Positions 18,907 to 28,199 of a stretch of 64,000 nt of DNA are shown here, piece by piece. The translations under genes were made by a program, and so were the position numbers. Under the pieces are notes generated by a model, which saw only the letters and a program-made list of their open reading frames with translations, made no database searches and was not told the origin of the DNA. This DNA is from an uncultured Candidatus Saccharibacteria bacterium (GTDB lineage: Bacteria > Patescibacteriota > Minisyncoccia > Phycocordibacterales > DAORIS01): NCBI GenBank assembly GCA_964644035.1, contig CAZXUH010000001.1, positions 259,712 to 323,711 of the forward strand. The letters are read 5' to 3'. Within the stretch, counting starts at the first letter, position 1; every line of letters begins with the position of its first letter.

Positions 18907-19602
18907 CTACGTTATCTGAACCCACAAATCGTGGAGTTCTGGGTTTATTGGTGCTGTTGCTGATACTGTTATACCGATCACATCTTTAAGGTGCGTCGTC
19001 CTTGATGATGGTTTGAAAATAGTTGGTTTGTCTTTGAGACTATCGTATGAAAATTTGCCATCAATCTTTTGGATGATCTGCTCTGCTGTGTCAGGGCTGC
19101 CGTCTTCCCCCTTGTCACCTTTCTCACCCTTAGGACCCTGAGGTCCTTGTGGACCTTCTGGACCTATTTCCCCGACCTGACCCTCCGGTCCCTGTTCACC
19201 TTGATCCCCTTTAGGACCAGCGACAGTTGAATCAGCTCCGGTGTCGCCCTTGTCACCCTTTTCTCCTTGTGGACCAGTGGGTCCAACTTCTCCTCGTATT
19301 CCCTGTATACCTTGCTCACCCTGCTCTCCTTTTGTTGCTTTAAGAAAACCCTCAATGAACTCAGCAGCGCTACCTGCTCGTTTGATCTCTGGTTTGATAC
19401 CATCAATAGCACCGACCACTTTGTCGGTGTTTTCGTTGTTTTGGATAAGCATCGCCTCCAAAGCTGGTTCAGGATTGTTCTTCTCGTTTTGCTGGACAAT
19501 AGTCTCTAGAAGACCGTTGGTTTCGTCGGTTTTCTGACTGTTGGAGGTTAGAATCGCTTCTAGTACTGGCTCTAGGTTGTTTTCTTGGTCTTGTTCAGGC
19601 AC
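18907..19602 (-). CDS. Collagen-like (Gly-X-Y repeat) tail fiber protein.
   Basis: About 100 aa of uninterrupted G-X-Y triplets ('GEQGEQGIQGIRGEVGPTGPQGEKGDKGDTG...') flanked by non-collagen N- and C-terminal domains. Confidence 0.6.
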   Translation of the reverse strand: MPEQDQENNLEPVLEAILTSNSQKTDETNGLLETIVQQNEKNNPEPALEAMLIQNNENTDKVVGAIDGIKPEIKRAGSAAEFIEGFLKATKGEQGEQGIQGIRGEVGPTGPQGEKGDKGDTGADSTVAGPKGDQGEQGPEGQVGEIGPEGPQGPQGPKGEKGDKGEDGSPDTAEQIIQKIDGKFSYDSLKDKPTIFKPSSRTTHLKDVIGITVSATAPINPELHDLWVQIT

Positions 19603-19640
19603 GTAATGAATCCCCGTTCATTACCCCGATTTATATCTAT

Positions 19641-19657
19641 TAATTATACCACATTTT
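19641..19657 (-). promoter_or_regulatory. Conserved phage extended -10 promoter, copy 1 (upstream of the collagen-fiber/glycosylation/fiber/lysis operon).
   Basis: Minus-strand reading is AAAATGTGGTATAATTA; the -10 hexamer corresponds to + coordinates 19643–19648. Confidence 0.55.
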
Positions 19658-19674
19658 CGAGTTTTTTGCCTCTA

Positions 19675-19866
19675 CTACCCATAGGGATTGACTGAAAATA
19701 AGTAGATGGAGTAAAATACGAGACAAGGTAGCACTGAGCGGAAGCTTGGGGTTACATTAGTAGGCCCATCAAGGGCATAATCAATTTTTTTATGACATTC
19801 ATAGCAAAATTGAGCAGTGCCATCTTGTGCCAGAGTGACTTGCCTTTTGCACAATAGGCTCGACAT
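19675..19866 (-). CDS. Hypothetical small ORF downstream of promoter copy 2.
   Basis: 63 aa with a 'CYECHK' motif and weak coding evidence. Confidence 0.15.
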   Translation of the reverse strand: MSSLLCKRQVTLAQDGTAQFCYECHKKIDYALDGPTNVTPSFRSVLPCLVFYSIYLFSVNPYG

Positions 19867-19995
19867 TAAGGATTTACTCTGGCCTGCGATATTGTGCCGA
19901 TGCTGAGCAACAGTAGGTGTACAAACTCAGAGCAACTCATCAAGTTGCCGAGAGGGGTCATGCAGATCACCACCAAAAATACAGGGGCTAGGTAC

Positions 19996-20046
19996 AAGAC
20001 AAAAGCCGTTAGAGTTGATACCTCTAGCGGCCTTTTGTTTTTTTGC
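19996..20046. terminator. Strong bidirectional intrinsic terminator hairpin.
   Basis: 10-bp stem GCCGTTAGAG/CTCTAGCGGC (one G·U pair) with a 7-nt loop. It is followed by CTTTTGTTTTTTT on + and preceded by an A-run, which reads as a T-run on the minus strand. Confidence 0.6.
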
Positions 20047-20075
20047 GGAAGCTTATTTTTGTAACGTTACACATA

Positions 20076-20092
20076 TAATTATACCATATTGA
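20076..20092 (-). promoter_or_regulatory. Conserved phage extended -10 promoter, copy 2.
   Basis: Minus-strand reading is ATATGGTATAATTATAT (-10 = + 20078–20083). It fires toward the terminator hairpin about 35 nt downstream. A plus-strand TATAAT (20075–20080) overlaps it divergently. Confidence 0.5.
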
Positions 20093-20112
20093 CTTATGGC
20101 GTGTAAGAGCTA

Positions 20113-20322
20113 TTGTACATACATATGGATAACTTTTTAAAACTACACTGGTTCAAAGTCGGTATCCTTATACTACTTGTCGGTATTCTTGGTCAACTTC
20201 TTTTTATAAATATGAAAATGGAATCTGCCTATCAAATGCAGGAGTATTTCATGCAACGTCAGGACACCAATATTGGTGCTTTAGTTGAGTACATTTTACA
20301 ATTTGAAGAACCATCAATATGA
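20113..20322 (+). CDS. Small membrane protein; one of only two plus-strand ORFs inside the prophage (moron candidate).
   Basis: 69 aa with one strong TM helix ('VGILILLVGILGQLLFI'). Confidence 0.35.
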   Translation: MYIHMDNFLKLHWFKVGILILLVGILGQLLFINMKMESAYQMQEYFMQRQDTNIGALVEYILQFEEPSI

Positions 20323-20471
20323 AAATGCTTATACATGTAGAGGGTTGGATACTCATGCTTTGTCCGATTATAGTAATTGTTGCAGTCATATTAGACTTTA
20401 GTTCAACAAATCTTATCCTAGCCTGCATAGCCCTACTTGTTTGGAAAATAGGAAATAACGCTTTAGATTGA
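20319..20471 (+). CDS. Small (50-aa) two-TM membrane protein overlapping the previous ORF by ATGA.
   Basis: Hand-translated as MKMLIHVEGWILMLCPIIVIVAVILDFSSTNLILACIALLVWKIGNNALD. It lies below the track's 60-aa cut-off. Confidence 0.25.
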   Translation: MKMLIHVEGWILMLCPIIVIVAVILDFSSTNLILACIALLVWKIGNNALD

Positions 20472-20472
20472 T

Positions 20473-23181
20473 TTATCTAAATAACTTCTTCTTGTCGTCA
20501 AAAGTGATCGATTCGTCCTTGTTGTGAATATAGTAAGAAGCACCATTCGTAATATCTTTAAATGTCTGCGAACCCAATTCAGCAAGTAACTTCTTAGTGA
20601 TGGCTTCTATCTCCTCAGCTTTCTTACCTCCCTTACCAGCCATGTATATATTATATTGCTTACCAGCATAGGCTTGGTATTGGTTCTTTTCACTAAGAAT
20701 CTGAGCAAGGGTTCGTTTGGTTCCCCTCTTTGAATGTTCCCTGATTCGGTTGAGAGCTGTGCCAAGAATGACACGTGCTTCCAATTCCTTCTTCTCTGTT
20801 GGACGATTACTAATTTCACCGTAGAGAATAGGTAGGAGAATATCCAAATCAGACTGAGTTATTTTAAGGTCCTGATCTTTGTATTTAGTTTGGACTACTG
20901 TGTTCTTTGGAAGGTCTACCTTCTTTGATCCTGTAGCTTGGATAGGTACTTCTGCCTGAGGTTTAGCTGGAAGGGTTTGAGGAGTACTTTCAGAAATCTT
21001 AGTGTCAGAAGCTGTGTACTTCTCCTTGCTTGGAAGCTGTGCAACTAAAGCTGCTGCACCCACTAGACCACCCGCACCCACAACAAACTTCTTAGAAGCT
21101 GAACCTTTCTGTAGGTTGACTTTATCTAGCTGTGATGGTATTTTATTTGGAACGCCACGTTCAGTATTACTAGGTAATTTATTATTTATGGAATTAGCAT
21201 TTTCTATAGCACTCGGAATATTATTGGTTCCAGTCTTGTTGCTTGTTATTGGTTTACTATTCAATATAGTCCTATCGCCTTTTGTGTTTGTAACTTGGCT
21301 TTTTGATAAGTTTATTGGTTTTTTAGCTTCAAGGCTTCCTAAAGCAGAGGCTCCTGTTGACGCAGAGGGTCCGGAAATAAACTCTTCTAATTTCTGAATC
21401 ATCTGTGTTTCAGGTAATTCTTTTTCTATTAACTCTTGAATCTTCTTTAGATTCTTTTCAAGAATAGCTTCTAGATCGAGTGCATTCATGGTTTTATAAC
21501 CCTGACCTCTAGGAATCATCTGTTCAACAAATCCTTTTATACCGCCACCAGTAATTTTATTAAGAATACTTGAGACGTTTCTACCTAATTTTTCGAATAG
21601 ACCCCTTTCAATTATCTTCTGTTGGAGATTATTTACACCTTCTTCTACCTTCTTAACAAGATCTCTGGTCCTAATGAGGTTTGATATTTCTTTGTCCGTA
21701 GCTTCATATATATCGTTTCCAAACAAATTACGAGCTGTACTCTTTAAACCTGCACGTGTATTTTCAAACGACTGGGCATTTACACTCGTAAACGGCTCAC
21801 CGGTCTTGCTGAAAGCTTTTGTACTAAACTCTGTGCCATGCAAACGAGCAAGATCATTCACTTCTTGAATAGTAATGCCGTTAGTTTTCGCATTATTCTT
21901 TAATTGATTTATTTTTGCTTGTCCAATCGGATCATTTGTCTTTTTATATAATTCCTCAAGTTGATTTATTGCATCATCAACATAATTATGTGAAACAACT
22001 TCCTCACCAACCTTTGTATCAAACTTTAGGTTATCAAGTAGTATTTTTTCCTTCTTAGTTGAAAGAACTTCATCAAGTTTTGTCTTTAATGTAGTAGCTT
22101 TATCGTTTAAAGCCTTTGTGAGGTCTTTATAGGTCTTTACACCATCAAAATCTATGTTTGATAATGCTTTCTTAGCACGAGGAATATCTGATATTTTTCC
22201 TTGAGTAATTTTTCCAACCAAATCATCAAATTGATTGACGGCTTTTGTAGCTCTCTTTTGCATCAAACTTGAAACTTTATTAGTACCCTCTGCAACAGCA
22301 GGGATAGCTACACCTGTTAGTGTCCCTAAGCCCGGAATAAGAGCTTTTTTACCAGTCCTGTCCTCACCTCTAGCACCTTGAAGTCCCTGCGCCACGTCAG
22401 ATGTGTAACCAATGGCTGCACCTCCTAATACCTTTTTAGCAGCACCTCCTTTACCACCAGCAATACTTGCGATTTTACCCAATTCCGGAGAGATAGCTGT
22501 AGCTGTTTTAATAACTGCACTACTCTTTTTGGGTATTACTTTGAAAGATTGAGCACCTTTTACAGCTTTTCCATAAGCTCCAGCCGTAAGAACATCTAGT
22601 GCAGTGCCACCAATTTCACCACCAACTTTTAAGTTTGATTTTTTAGTTGCAGATAAGTTCTCGTCAATAAATTTATTTACATCAAGTGATTCACCTGTGA
22701 GTTGGTTATATGCTTTTTCTAATCTTGAGGTATCCTTACCATTTTTTTTATTTTCCCTGATCCTTTTAATAAGATTCACTTTTATATCTTCCTGTCCCTG
22801 CTGAGCAGCAGAAAGTGCAGGAAGCGTATTCCTTGCAGCCAAAGACTCACCAATAGTTTTACCAAGTCCTACTTCCGATGATGCAATATTACCTACAAAT
22901 GCTTTACCGAAATTAGCAGCCATACCCCCAAAAGAGTTGGCTTTTTTAGATTCTTTTGCAGATGCTGCCGCTTCATTTTGAAGCTTTAATATCTTAGCTT
23001 TCCTATCCTCAGGCTGATTGTATTTAAATTCTTTAGACTCGATAGAAGCCTCTGGTTTCGTTCCATATTTAGCTTCGTACTCAGCACGTGTCATCTGGAT
23101 CGGCTCTGATTTCACAGGCTGAATAGGCGGAGGTGTTCCGTATTTAGCCTCGTATTCTGCTCTCGTCATTTGTATAGCCAT
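20473..23181 (-). CDS. Large internal virion/tape-measure-like protein with a C-terminal cell-wall hydrolase (SleB/Hydrolase_2-like) domain.
   Basis: 902 aa, Lys/Ala-rich with a central Gly-rich hydrophobic segment. The N-terminal motif 'IQMTRAEYEAKYGT' is duplicated. The C-terminal 'ELEARVILGTALNRIREH...QYQAYAGKQY' resembles the EARGE...VIxNR...QF pattern of SleB-type hydrolases. Positionally analogous to T7 gp16. Confidence 0.4.
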   Translation of the reverse strand: MAIQMTRAEYEAKYGTPPPIQPVKSEPIQMTRAEYEAKYGTKPEASIESKEFKYNQPEDRKAKILKLQNEAAASAKESKKANSFGGMAANFGKAFVGNIASSEVGLGKTIGESLAARNTLPALSAAQQGQEDIKVNLIKRIRENKKNGKDTSRLEKAYNQLTGESLDVNKFIDENLSATKKSNLKVGGEIGGTALDVLTAGAYGKAVKGAQSFKVIPKKSSAVIKTATAISPELGKIASIAGGKGGAAKKVLGGAAIGYTSDVAQGLQGARGEDRTGKKALIPGLGTLTGVAIPAVAEGTNKVSSLMQKRATKAVNQFDDLVGKITQGKISDIPRAKKALSNIDFDGVKTYKDLTKALNDKATTLKTKLDEVLSTKKEKILLDNLKFDTKVGEEVVSHNYVDDAINQLEELYKKTNDPIGQAKINQLKNNAKTNGITIQEVNDLARLHGTEFSTKAFSKTGEPFTSVNAQSFENTRAGLKSTARNLFGNDIYEATDKEISNLIRTRDLVKKVEEGVNNLQQKIIERGLFEKLGRNVSSILNKITGGGIKGFVEQMIPRGQGYKTMNALDLEAILEKNLKKIQELIEKELPETQMIQKLEEFISGPSASTGASALGSLEAKKPINLSKSQVTNTKGDRTILNSKPITSNKTGTNNIPSAIENANSINNKLPSNTERGVPNKIPSQLDKVNLQKGSASKKFVVGAGGLVGAAALVAQLPSKEKYTASDTKISESTPQTLPAKPQAEVPIQATGSKKVDLPKNTVVQTKYKDQDLKITQSDLDILLPILYGEISNRPTEKKELEARVILGTALNRIREHSKRGTKRTLAQILSEKNQYQAYAGKQYNIYMAGKGGKKAEEIEAITKKLLAELGSQTFKDITNGASYYIHNKDESITFDDKKKLFR

Positions 23182-24690
23182 TTAGTCGGTGATGATTATC
23201 TCTTGACCGTCAGGAGCTGTGATTACTTGCGAACCATCTATATTACTTGGTGATCCCCCGGGATTGTATCCACCACCAACATAACCTGTATCAATTCCAA
23301 ATTTCTGTGCATAACTTACTGCCCTTGATTTTTCCTCATCTATAGAAGCTTGGGCTTTCTTTGCGAATGTATTACCCAAATTAACAAACTCATTCAATGA
23401 AGCTGGTGTCAAACCTGCTCCACCTTGCATGATTCTCTGTGCCTTTCCTTCTAGTTGAGCAAGGAATGACTGGCCTTCTGGAGAACGTGCATATTCTGAT
23501 TCTCTAACAACTGATGTTGGGTCAAGAATCTTGTTGAAGTTAGTGATAACTACTTGGGAAGTTGCATTTAAATCTTTTACCTCACCACGGTTATATCGGT
23601 CTAATGCTTGTTGAGCAAGACTAGCTCGATTAACTACCTCTTTACTTGCCTTGACTAAGTTATCCACTTTCGCACCTAATGTAAGACCCCCCTGAAACTG
23701 CTGATAGGGTGTAAGACCACCTGCTCCGGCTCCCGCAACTTTTGCTTTTCTATTTGCATCTTCATTTTGGTATTCAGTAAACGAACCTGTGTATCCATTT
23801 TGTTTTGCAAACTCGTATTCCTCGGCAGAAGCTGGAATCTTTGGGTTACCACTTGCAATCAAATTTCCTTTTGAGTCGTAACGATTTTGACCTTCTGAAA
23901 GCGCAAATCCGTTATCAATATCTTCTGCATCCTTTGCTCGCTTTGCGGTCAAATATGAAGTCTTAATATCCCCTTCTGATACTCCGTATGATGTAGCGAT
24001 CTTTTGAAGTTCACTTGGGTCAATGTCCTCAGGTGAAAGACCTTGTAATAGAAGTGCTTGGCCAAGTTCCGTGAGCTTTCCTTGTTTTCTCTCCTTTGAT
24101 GAAGTGAGGAATTTAATATATGAATCAGCACCTTCTTGTTTAGCTTTAGTTTTGGCAGCAATTTCATCTACTGATGCTTGGTCCGCTTTTCCCAAGATAG
24201 CTGAAATAGTAGCCATCTGTTGATCCCTAATGCTGTTTGTAATATCTGTATTGTATGCAGTGACCTTATCAGTCTGAGCTGCACCGAAGTCTGATCCCAA
24301 AAGACCGCCACGGGCTTGTGAAGCACGGGAAGTACCAAGTCGGCCTTGTCCTTGAAACGCTGCCTCAGCAATTTTATCAGCATATACTCTATTAGTTGCA
24401 TCAATTTCAGCCTGAAAACGTCCAAGTGTTGCTCGTCTAATGTTGTCTTCGTTTACGTCTGAGTTCGCAAGTCCTTCGTAGTACGAACCAATTTTATTTA
24501 ACGAAGCATCCCCTGCATCCGGAGTTGGGGCCTGAAATGGTTTATACATCTCACCAACTGTAGGGTTAGTCGGAGATGCCACTGGTGTAGATGTTGGGTC
24601 ACCAATCTTTTGACCAGTGTTCATGTTGTAAATAGATTGCTGATCCCCCGGCCGTAGAAGCTTTCCTGTATTGTAGTCGTATCTATCCAT
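23182..24690 (-). CDS. Virion structural protein (internal core or tail protein).
   Basis: 502 aa within the structural module; no motif assignment. Confidence 0.35.
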   Translation of the reverse strand: MDRYDYNTGKLLRPGDQQSIYNMNTGQKIGDPTSTPVASPTNPTVGEMYKPFQAPTPDAGDASLNKIGSYYEGLANSDVNEDNIRRATLGRFQAEIDATNRVYADKIAEAAFQGQGRLGTSRASQARGGLLGSDFGAAQTDKVTAYNTDITNSIRDQQMATISAILGKADQASVDEIAAKTKAKQEGADSYIKFLTSSKERKQGKLTELGQALLLQGLSPEDIDPSELQKIATSYGVSEGDIKTSYLTAKRAKDAEDIDNGFALSEGQNRYDSKGNLIASGNPKIPASAEEYEFAKQNGYTGSFTEYQNEDANRKAKVAGAGAGGLTPYQQFQGGLTLGAKVDNLVKASKEVVNRASLAQQALDRYNRGEVKDLNATSQVVITNFNKILDPTSVVRESEYARSPEGQSFLAQLEGKAQRIMQGGAGLTPASLNEFVNLGNTFAKKAQASIDEEKSRAVSYAQKFGIDTGYVGGGYNPGGSPSNIDGSQVITAPDGQEIIITD

Positions 24691-26234
24691 TAGATTTTGA
24701 TGATGTAGTTAAGAACAAGGAAAGGATTCATGACATTCATAGCTGCGTTACCTCCTTTTGAACTTGGATTAGCAGAAGCAGCATCGTTAGTACTTGAGAG
24801 TGCAACAGAGCCTGAGTTGAATGTACCTGTAGCACCATGCGTGTGAGCCAAAAGTTCTGTAACAGACATGGCATGATTTTCTTCACCACCAGTTGTACCA
24901 GCCGTTCGAGCTGTGAGTGTGAGAGTGAATGTTTGTGTACCTGTGCCATCACTTGAAAGTGAGATGACTGTACCGTTTTGAGCGTTTGCTAGAGATGTAG
25001 CAAGTGAGAACGTTAAGTTACTTACACGAACAACATAGTAAGTTGTGTTGTCTGTGAGACCTGTCATAGCACCAGATGGAGCTGCATAGAGCACCGCCTG
25101 ACCAGTCTGAAATTCATTGTTTGCAGCATTTGAAAGACCGGTAACTGTAATGACGTTTGAGGAACGTGATGCAAATGTTGCAACCTTAGTAGGTGCTGTA
25201 CCTGCACCAAGAACCGATCGTGATCGGAGATCAGGAAGATTGAACGTTGTTGAGCCGTTACCTACTCCGTATGTAGTGCTTGTAACAGCAAAGAGTGCAG
25301 CGTAAGTTGTTCTTGAAACTGCCGAGCCATCACAGAGTAGAAAGCCCGTTGGAGCTGCTGAACCTGCGTAAGGAATTACGATACCTGTAAGAGCCGTGTA
25401 GTTTGTAAGAAAATCCTTTTCTAGTTTTGTAGGCCAATAGATTTCCTGAGGTGTGAACTTGATTGTTGTTGTATTGACTGCGACACCAAGAAAGACAGTA
25501 TTTGTGCCACCGCTTGTGACTACAGCTCCTGCTGTGTTTGATAGGAAGTACTTAGTACCAGCACTTAGTCCTGAAAAGTTTGCTGCAAGACCGGAAAGGA
25601 GAATGGTTACTCCTGCACCACCTGCGGCTGTGCCTTGTGCAACACCGAGTTGGACCTGATCAAAAGTAGCTGAGAGATCAGCGTCAGCTTTCCACCAACG
25701 TTGATCCGATTCTTTAAAATAGACAATGTTACCGGCAACAAGTGATTCACCTGCTGTGGCTGAGATTGTTTGAGATGAGAAAGAGACTGCGCCGCCATTA
25801 ACAACTGACAAAACGTAGGCCACGGTAGCAACTTGTTTAGGATCAGTCAGTGTTGGGGCTGTGTCATATGAAAGAGGAGTAGTACCATCGAGTGTACCTG
25901 TCCCTCGAAGTATGTCAGCCAAGTATCGAATATGTGCGAAATCAGTAAGAGTTACCTTTGCGCCAATTTTATGTAGTCGAGCAGCACCAGTAGTCTCAAC
26001 TCCCTGTCTAGAAATAGACTTAAGATCAGTAAGAGCAGTACTTGTAAGTTGGCAAGAGAAATGTTCTCTGCGACCGTTATCACGATCAACAGTAAAAAAG
26101 TAGCGGCCTGTTGGAAGGGCTACTCCATCATCGTCTGTTGCTGATTGTAGGGTTGCTGTTGTATCCCCTACATTGATTTTCGTAGCCAATGCTGTCTGAA
26201 AATCTGCTACTACCGTACCGAGTTGAGTTGACAC
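24690..26234 (-). CDS. Virion structural protein, fiber/spike-like (Thr/Gly/Ser/Ala-rich β-rich composition).
   Basis: 514 aa, the first gene after promoter copy 3; composition typical of fibers and tailspikes. Confidence 0.35.
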   Translation of the reverse strand: MSTQLGTVVADFQTALATKINVGDTTATLQSATDDDGVALPTGRYFFTVDRDNGRREHFSCQLTSTALTDLKSISRQGVETTGAARLHKIGAKVTLTDFAHIRYLADILRGTGTLDGTTPLSYDTAPTLTDPKQVATVAYVLSVVNGGAVSFSSQTISATAGESLVAGNIVYFKESDQRWWKADADLSATFDQVQLGVAQGTAAGGAGVTILLSGLAANFSGLSAGTKYFLSNTAGAVVTSGGTNTVFLGVAVNTTTIKFTPQEIYWPTKLEKDFLTNYTALTGIVIPYAGSAAPTGFLLCDGSAVSRTTYAALFAVTSTTYGVGNGSTTFNLPDLRSRSVLGAGTAPTKVATFASRSSNVITVTGLSNAANNEFQTGQAVLYAAPSGAMTGLTDNTTYYVVRVSNLTFSLATSLANAQNGTVISLSSDGTGTQTFTLTLTARTAGTTGGEENHAMSVTELLAHTHGATGTFNSGSVALSSTNDAASANPSSKGGNAAMNVMNPFLVLNYIIKI

Positions 26235-26269
26235 TTTGGGTTAGTTCGAATTAACCCCGTTCGTTTATA

Positions 26270-26286
26270 TAATTATACCATATTTT
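26270..26286 (-). promoter_or_regulatory. Conserved phage extended -10 promoter, copy 3.
   Basis: Minus-strand reading is AAATATGGTATAATTAT (-10 = + 26272–26277), about 30 nt upstream of the 26234 start. Confidence 0.55.
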
Positions 26287-26294
26287 GAGCCTTT

Positions 26295-28199
26295 TTAGAA
26301 CTCTGGATTAGGTAAATCCGTTTGTGTTCCGTCAAGGGACACATTTTGTTTGACACGCAATCGTCTTGGCATTCTGTCCTCGAAAAGGAATACATCATGG
26401 TCGATCGCTTTGTTGATTGAAACGTATCCAAATCCCAAAGCAACGAATCGCAACTTCCTTGTCTTGAACTTTGGCGTCTTGAGTTTGAGTTCGTGATAGT
26501 AAGGATAGACTGTTATTAAATCACTGCCTCCTACCATCTCATCCCCTACCATATTTCCACCAATTGTCTGTGGAGACGTAGTATCTACATACTCACCTGT
26601 ACCAAGTACCGTACCTACTAAGTTAAAATCTCCCTTGTCATATGATATATAGACTTCATAGCTTTGTGTTGGGTCAATCAAGCCCCCAAGCCTGAGCTTT
26701 CGATACTTCTTAAGGTTTTCAGTCTTAAACTTGTCGTCCATTCCGGTCCAGTTGTTGTCTATTTCTACCCCATCATCATCGAAATCAACAAAGATTTGGT
26801 AGACGCTTTCACTTACCGGAGAGCCTATATAGAGATTACCTGCATCTTTGGCGAAGGTAGCTGCTCCGTAGTTTGTAATGTCTACTGTGTTTTGTGTAAG
26901 GTCACAGAGTAAAGTTGTGTCATTACTGTCTGCACCCAAGGTCTTGCAAGATACCACAACGAACTGGCCGTTTGTATCAAGCACTGTATTATCATGTTCA
27001 TAATCAGCGAAATTAAATTGAGGAAAGAGAGGAAATGGTTCTACATTACCTCCTATTGGATTCTGTTGAAGAATAGTAAGTTCAGGTGCATTTGGATTAC
27101 CAGTATTCAAGAAAACAATACCCTTTTGAGTCGATACTGCTGCTCTAAAATATGGAATACCAATATCCCTTCTAAAGACTTGGTTATCTGGGTCCTCATC
27201 GGTTGGGTCAAGGAGAAGTCTGTATGCACTTCTGCTCTTGAGTGAGTAATATGCACCATCAAGACCAAGGAGAACGTTGAGAATTGGATCACCACCTTCG
27301 TCTTGCCTTAATACAAATCCTTCACCCGGAAGACGTGTACCTGATTTAGTGAAGTCAGTAACACCAAGGGCATTAGCATTCTCCCACTGATAGTCTGCTG
27401 TAACGTTACCAGCAGTCACGACACCGTTGAACGTTACACTGTACGCACCGGACACGTAGTTGACCGTGCCTGTACCACCAAGTGAACCTGTGAGCACACC
27501 ATTGTAGTTGTCAGTGAAGGTTTCTACACCGCCACCTGTTGTACCAGTAACTACAAGACCAAAAGCGTTCCGAGTTGCTCCACCTGCTTTGAACGCAAGT
27601 GTACCAGAATAAGTAGCATTACCAGATGCACCTAGAACTTCTGCTGATACGGTCGTGTAAACAGTAGAATCCTGACCATCAATCCTTGAGCCATAGAGGC
27701 CTGTTCTGTCCCTCTCGCTTCCCCACGCAATCATTCTTCCTTTATCTATGAATGCACCACGGAATTTTTGGTTCTTAGATGAATCATATAGTGAGATGTA
27801 CGAGCTAGGATTACCATTGTGCATCTTATAGATACCATCAAGACCAATTGCGAAAGTGAAGTTACCTGCTAGAGAGGAATAGTTTGTGAAGACGTACTCG
27901 TAGCTTGCTGTGAGGCCGGTAATCGTATCCTGCCATGTCGTACCATCAAAGTACTGAATCCTCGTGTTGTTTTTTCTCCACATGACGGTCGTACCATCTG
28001 CTTTGTATCCAAAATGAAGTCCTTGGTTTGGACCCTGTGCTCCTTCTGCACCTACGATTGCTTTACCGTGCGTAAGAAAAATAGAACCGTCTTCGGTAAT
28101 CCAGTTTAATGAATCACTTGCTGAATCAGCAGGTGTGTTTTCACTATCTATCAGATTATGAACACCTGATACAAATTGTGGGATTGTATTGTCTGCCAT
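26295..28199 (-). CDS. Large virion structural protein (tail tubular B/nozzle-like by synteny).
   Basis: 634 aa, two genes downstream of the MCP in a T7-like gene order. Confidence 0.3.
   Translation of the reverse strand: MADNTIPQFVSGVHNLIDSENTPADSASDSLNWITEDGSIFLTHGKAIVGAEGAQGPNQGLHFGYKADGTTVMWRKNNTRIQYFDGTTWQDTITGLTASYEYVFTNYSSLAGNFTFAIGLDGIYKMHNGNPSSYISLYDSSKNQKFRGAFIDKGRMIAWGSERDRTGLYGSRIDGQDSTVYTTVSAEVLGASGNATYSGTLAFKAGGATRNAFGLVVTGTTGGGVETFTDNYNGVLTGSLGGTGTVNYVSGAYSVTFNGVVTAGNVTADYQWENANALGVTDFTKSGTRLPGEGFVLRQDEGGDPILNVLLGLDGAYYSLKSRSAYRLLLDPTDEDPDNQVFRRDIGIPYFRAAVSTQKGIVFLNTGNPNAPELTILQQNPIGGNVEPFPLFPQFNFADYEHDNTVLDTNGQFVVVSCKTLGADSNDTTLLCDLTQNTVDITNYGAATFAKDAGNLYIGSPVSESVYQIFVDFDDDGVEIDNNWTGMDDKFKTENLKKYRKLRLGGLIDPTQSYEVYISYDKGDFNLVGTVLGTGEYVDTTSPQTIGGNMVGDEMVGGSDLITVYPYYHELKLKTPKFKTRKLRFVALGFGYVSINKAIDHDVFLFEDRMPRRLRVKQNVSLDGTQTDLPNPEF

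Noticed and set aside
19164-19537. ORFs antisense or out-of-frame to the collagen-like gene (19164–19499 minus frame; 19241–19537 and 19267–19509 plus).
   Set aside because: Gly-X-Y repeats keep alternative frames open. The collagen frame is the only one with a meaningful periodic sequence.
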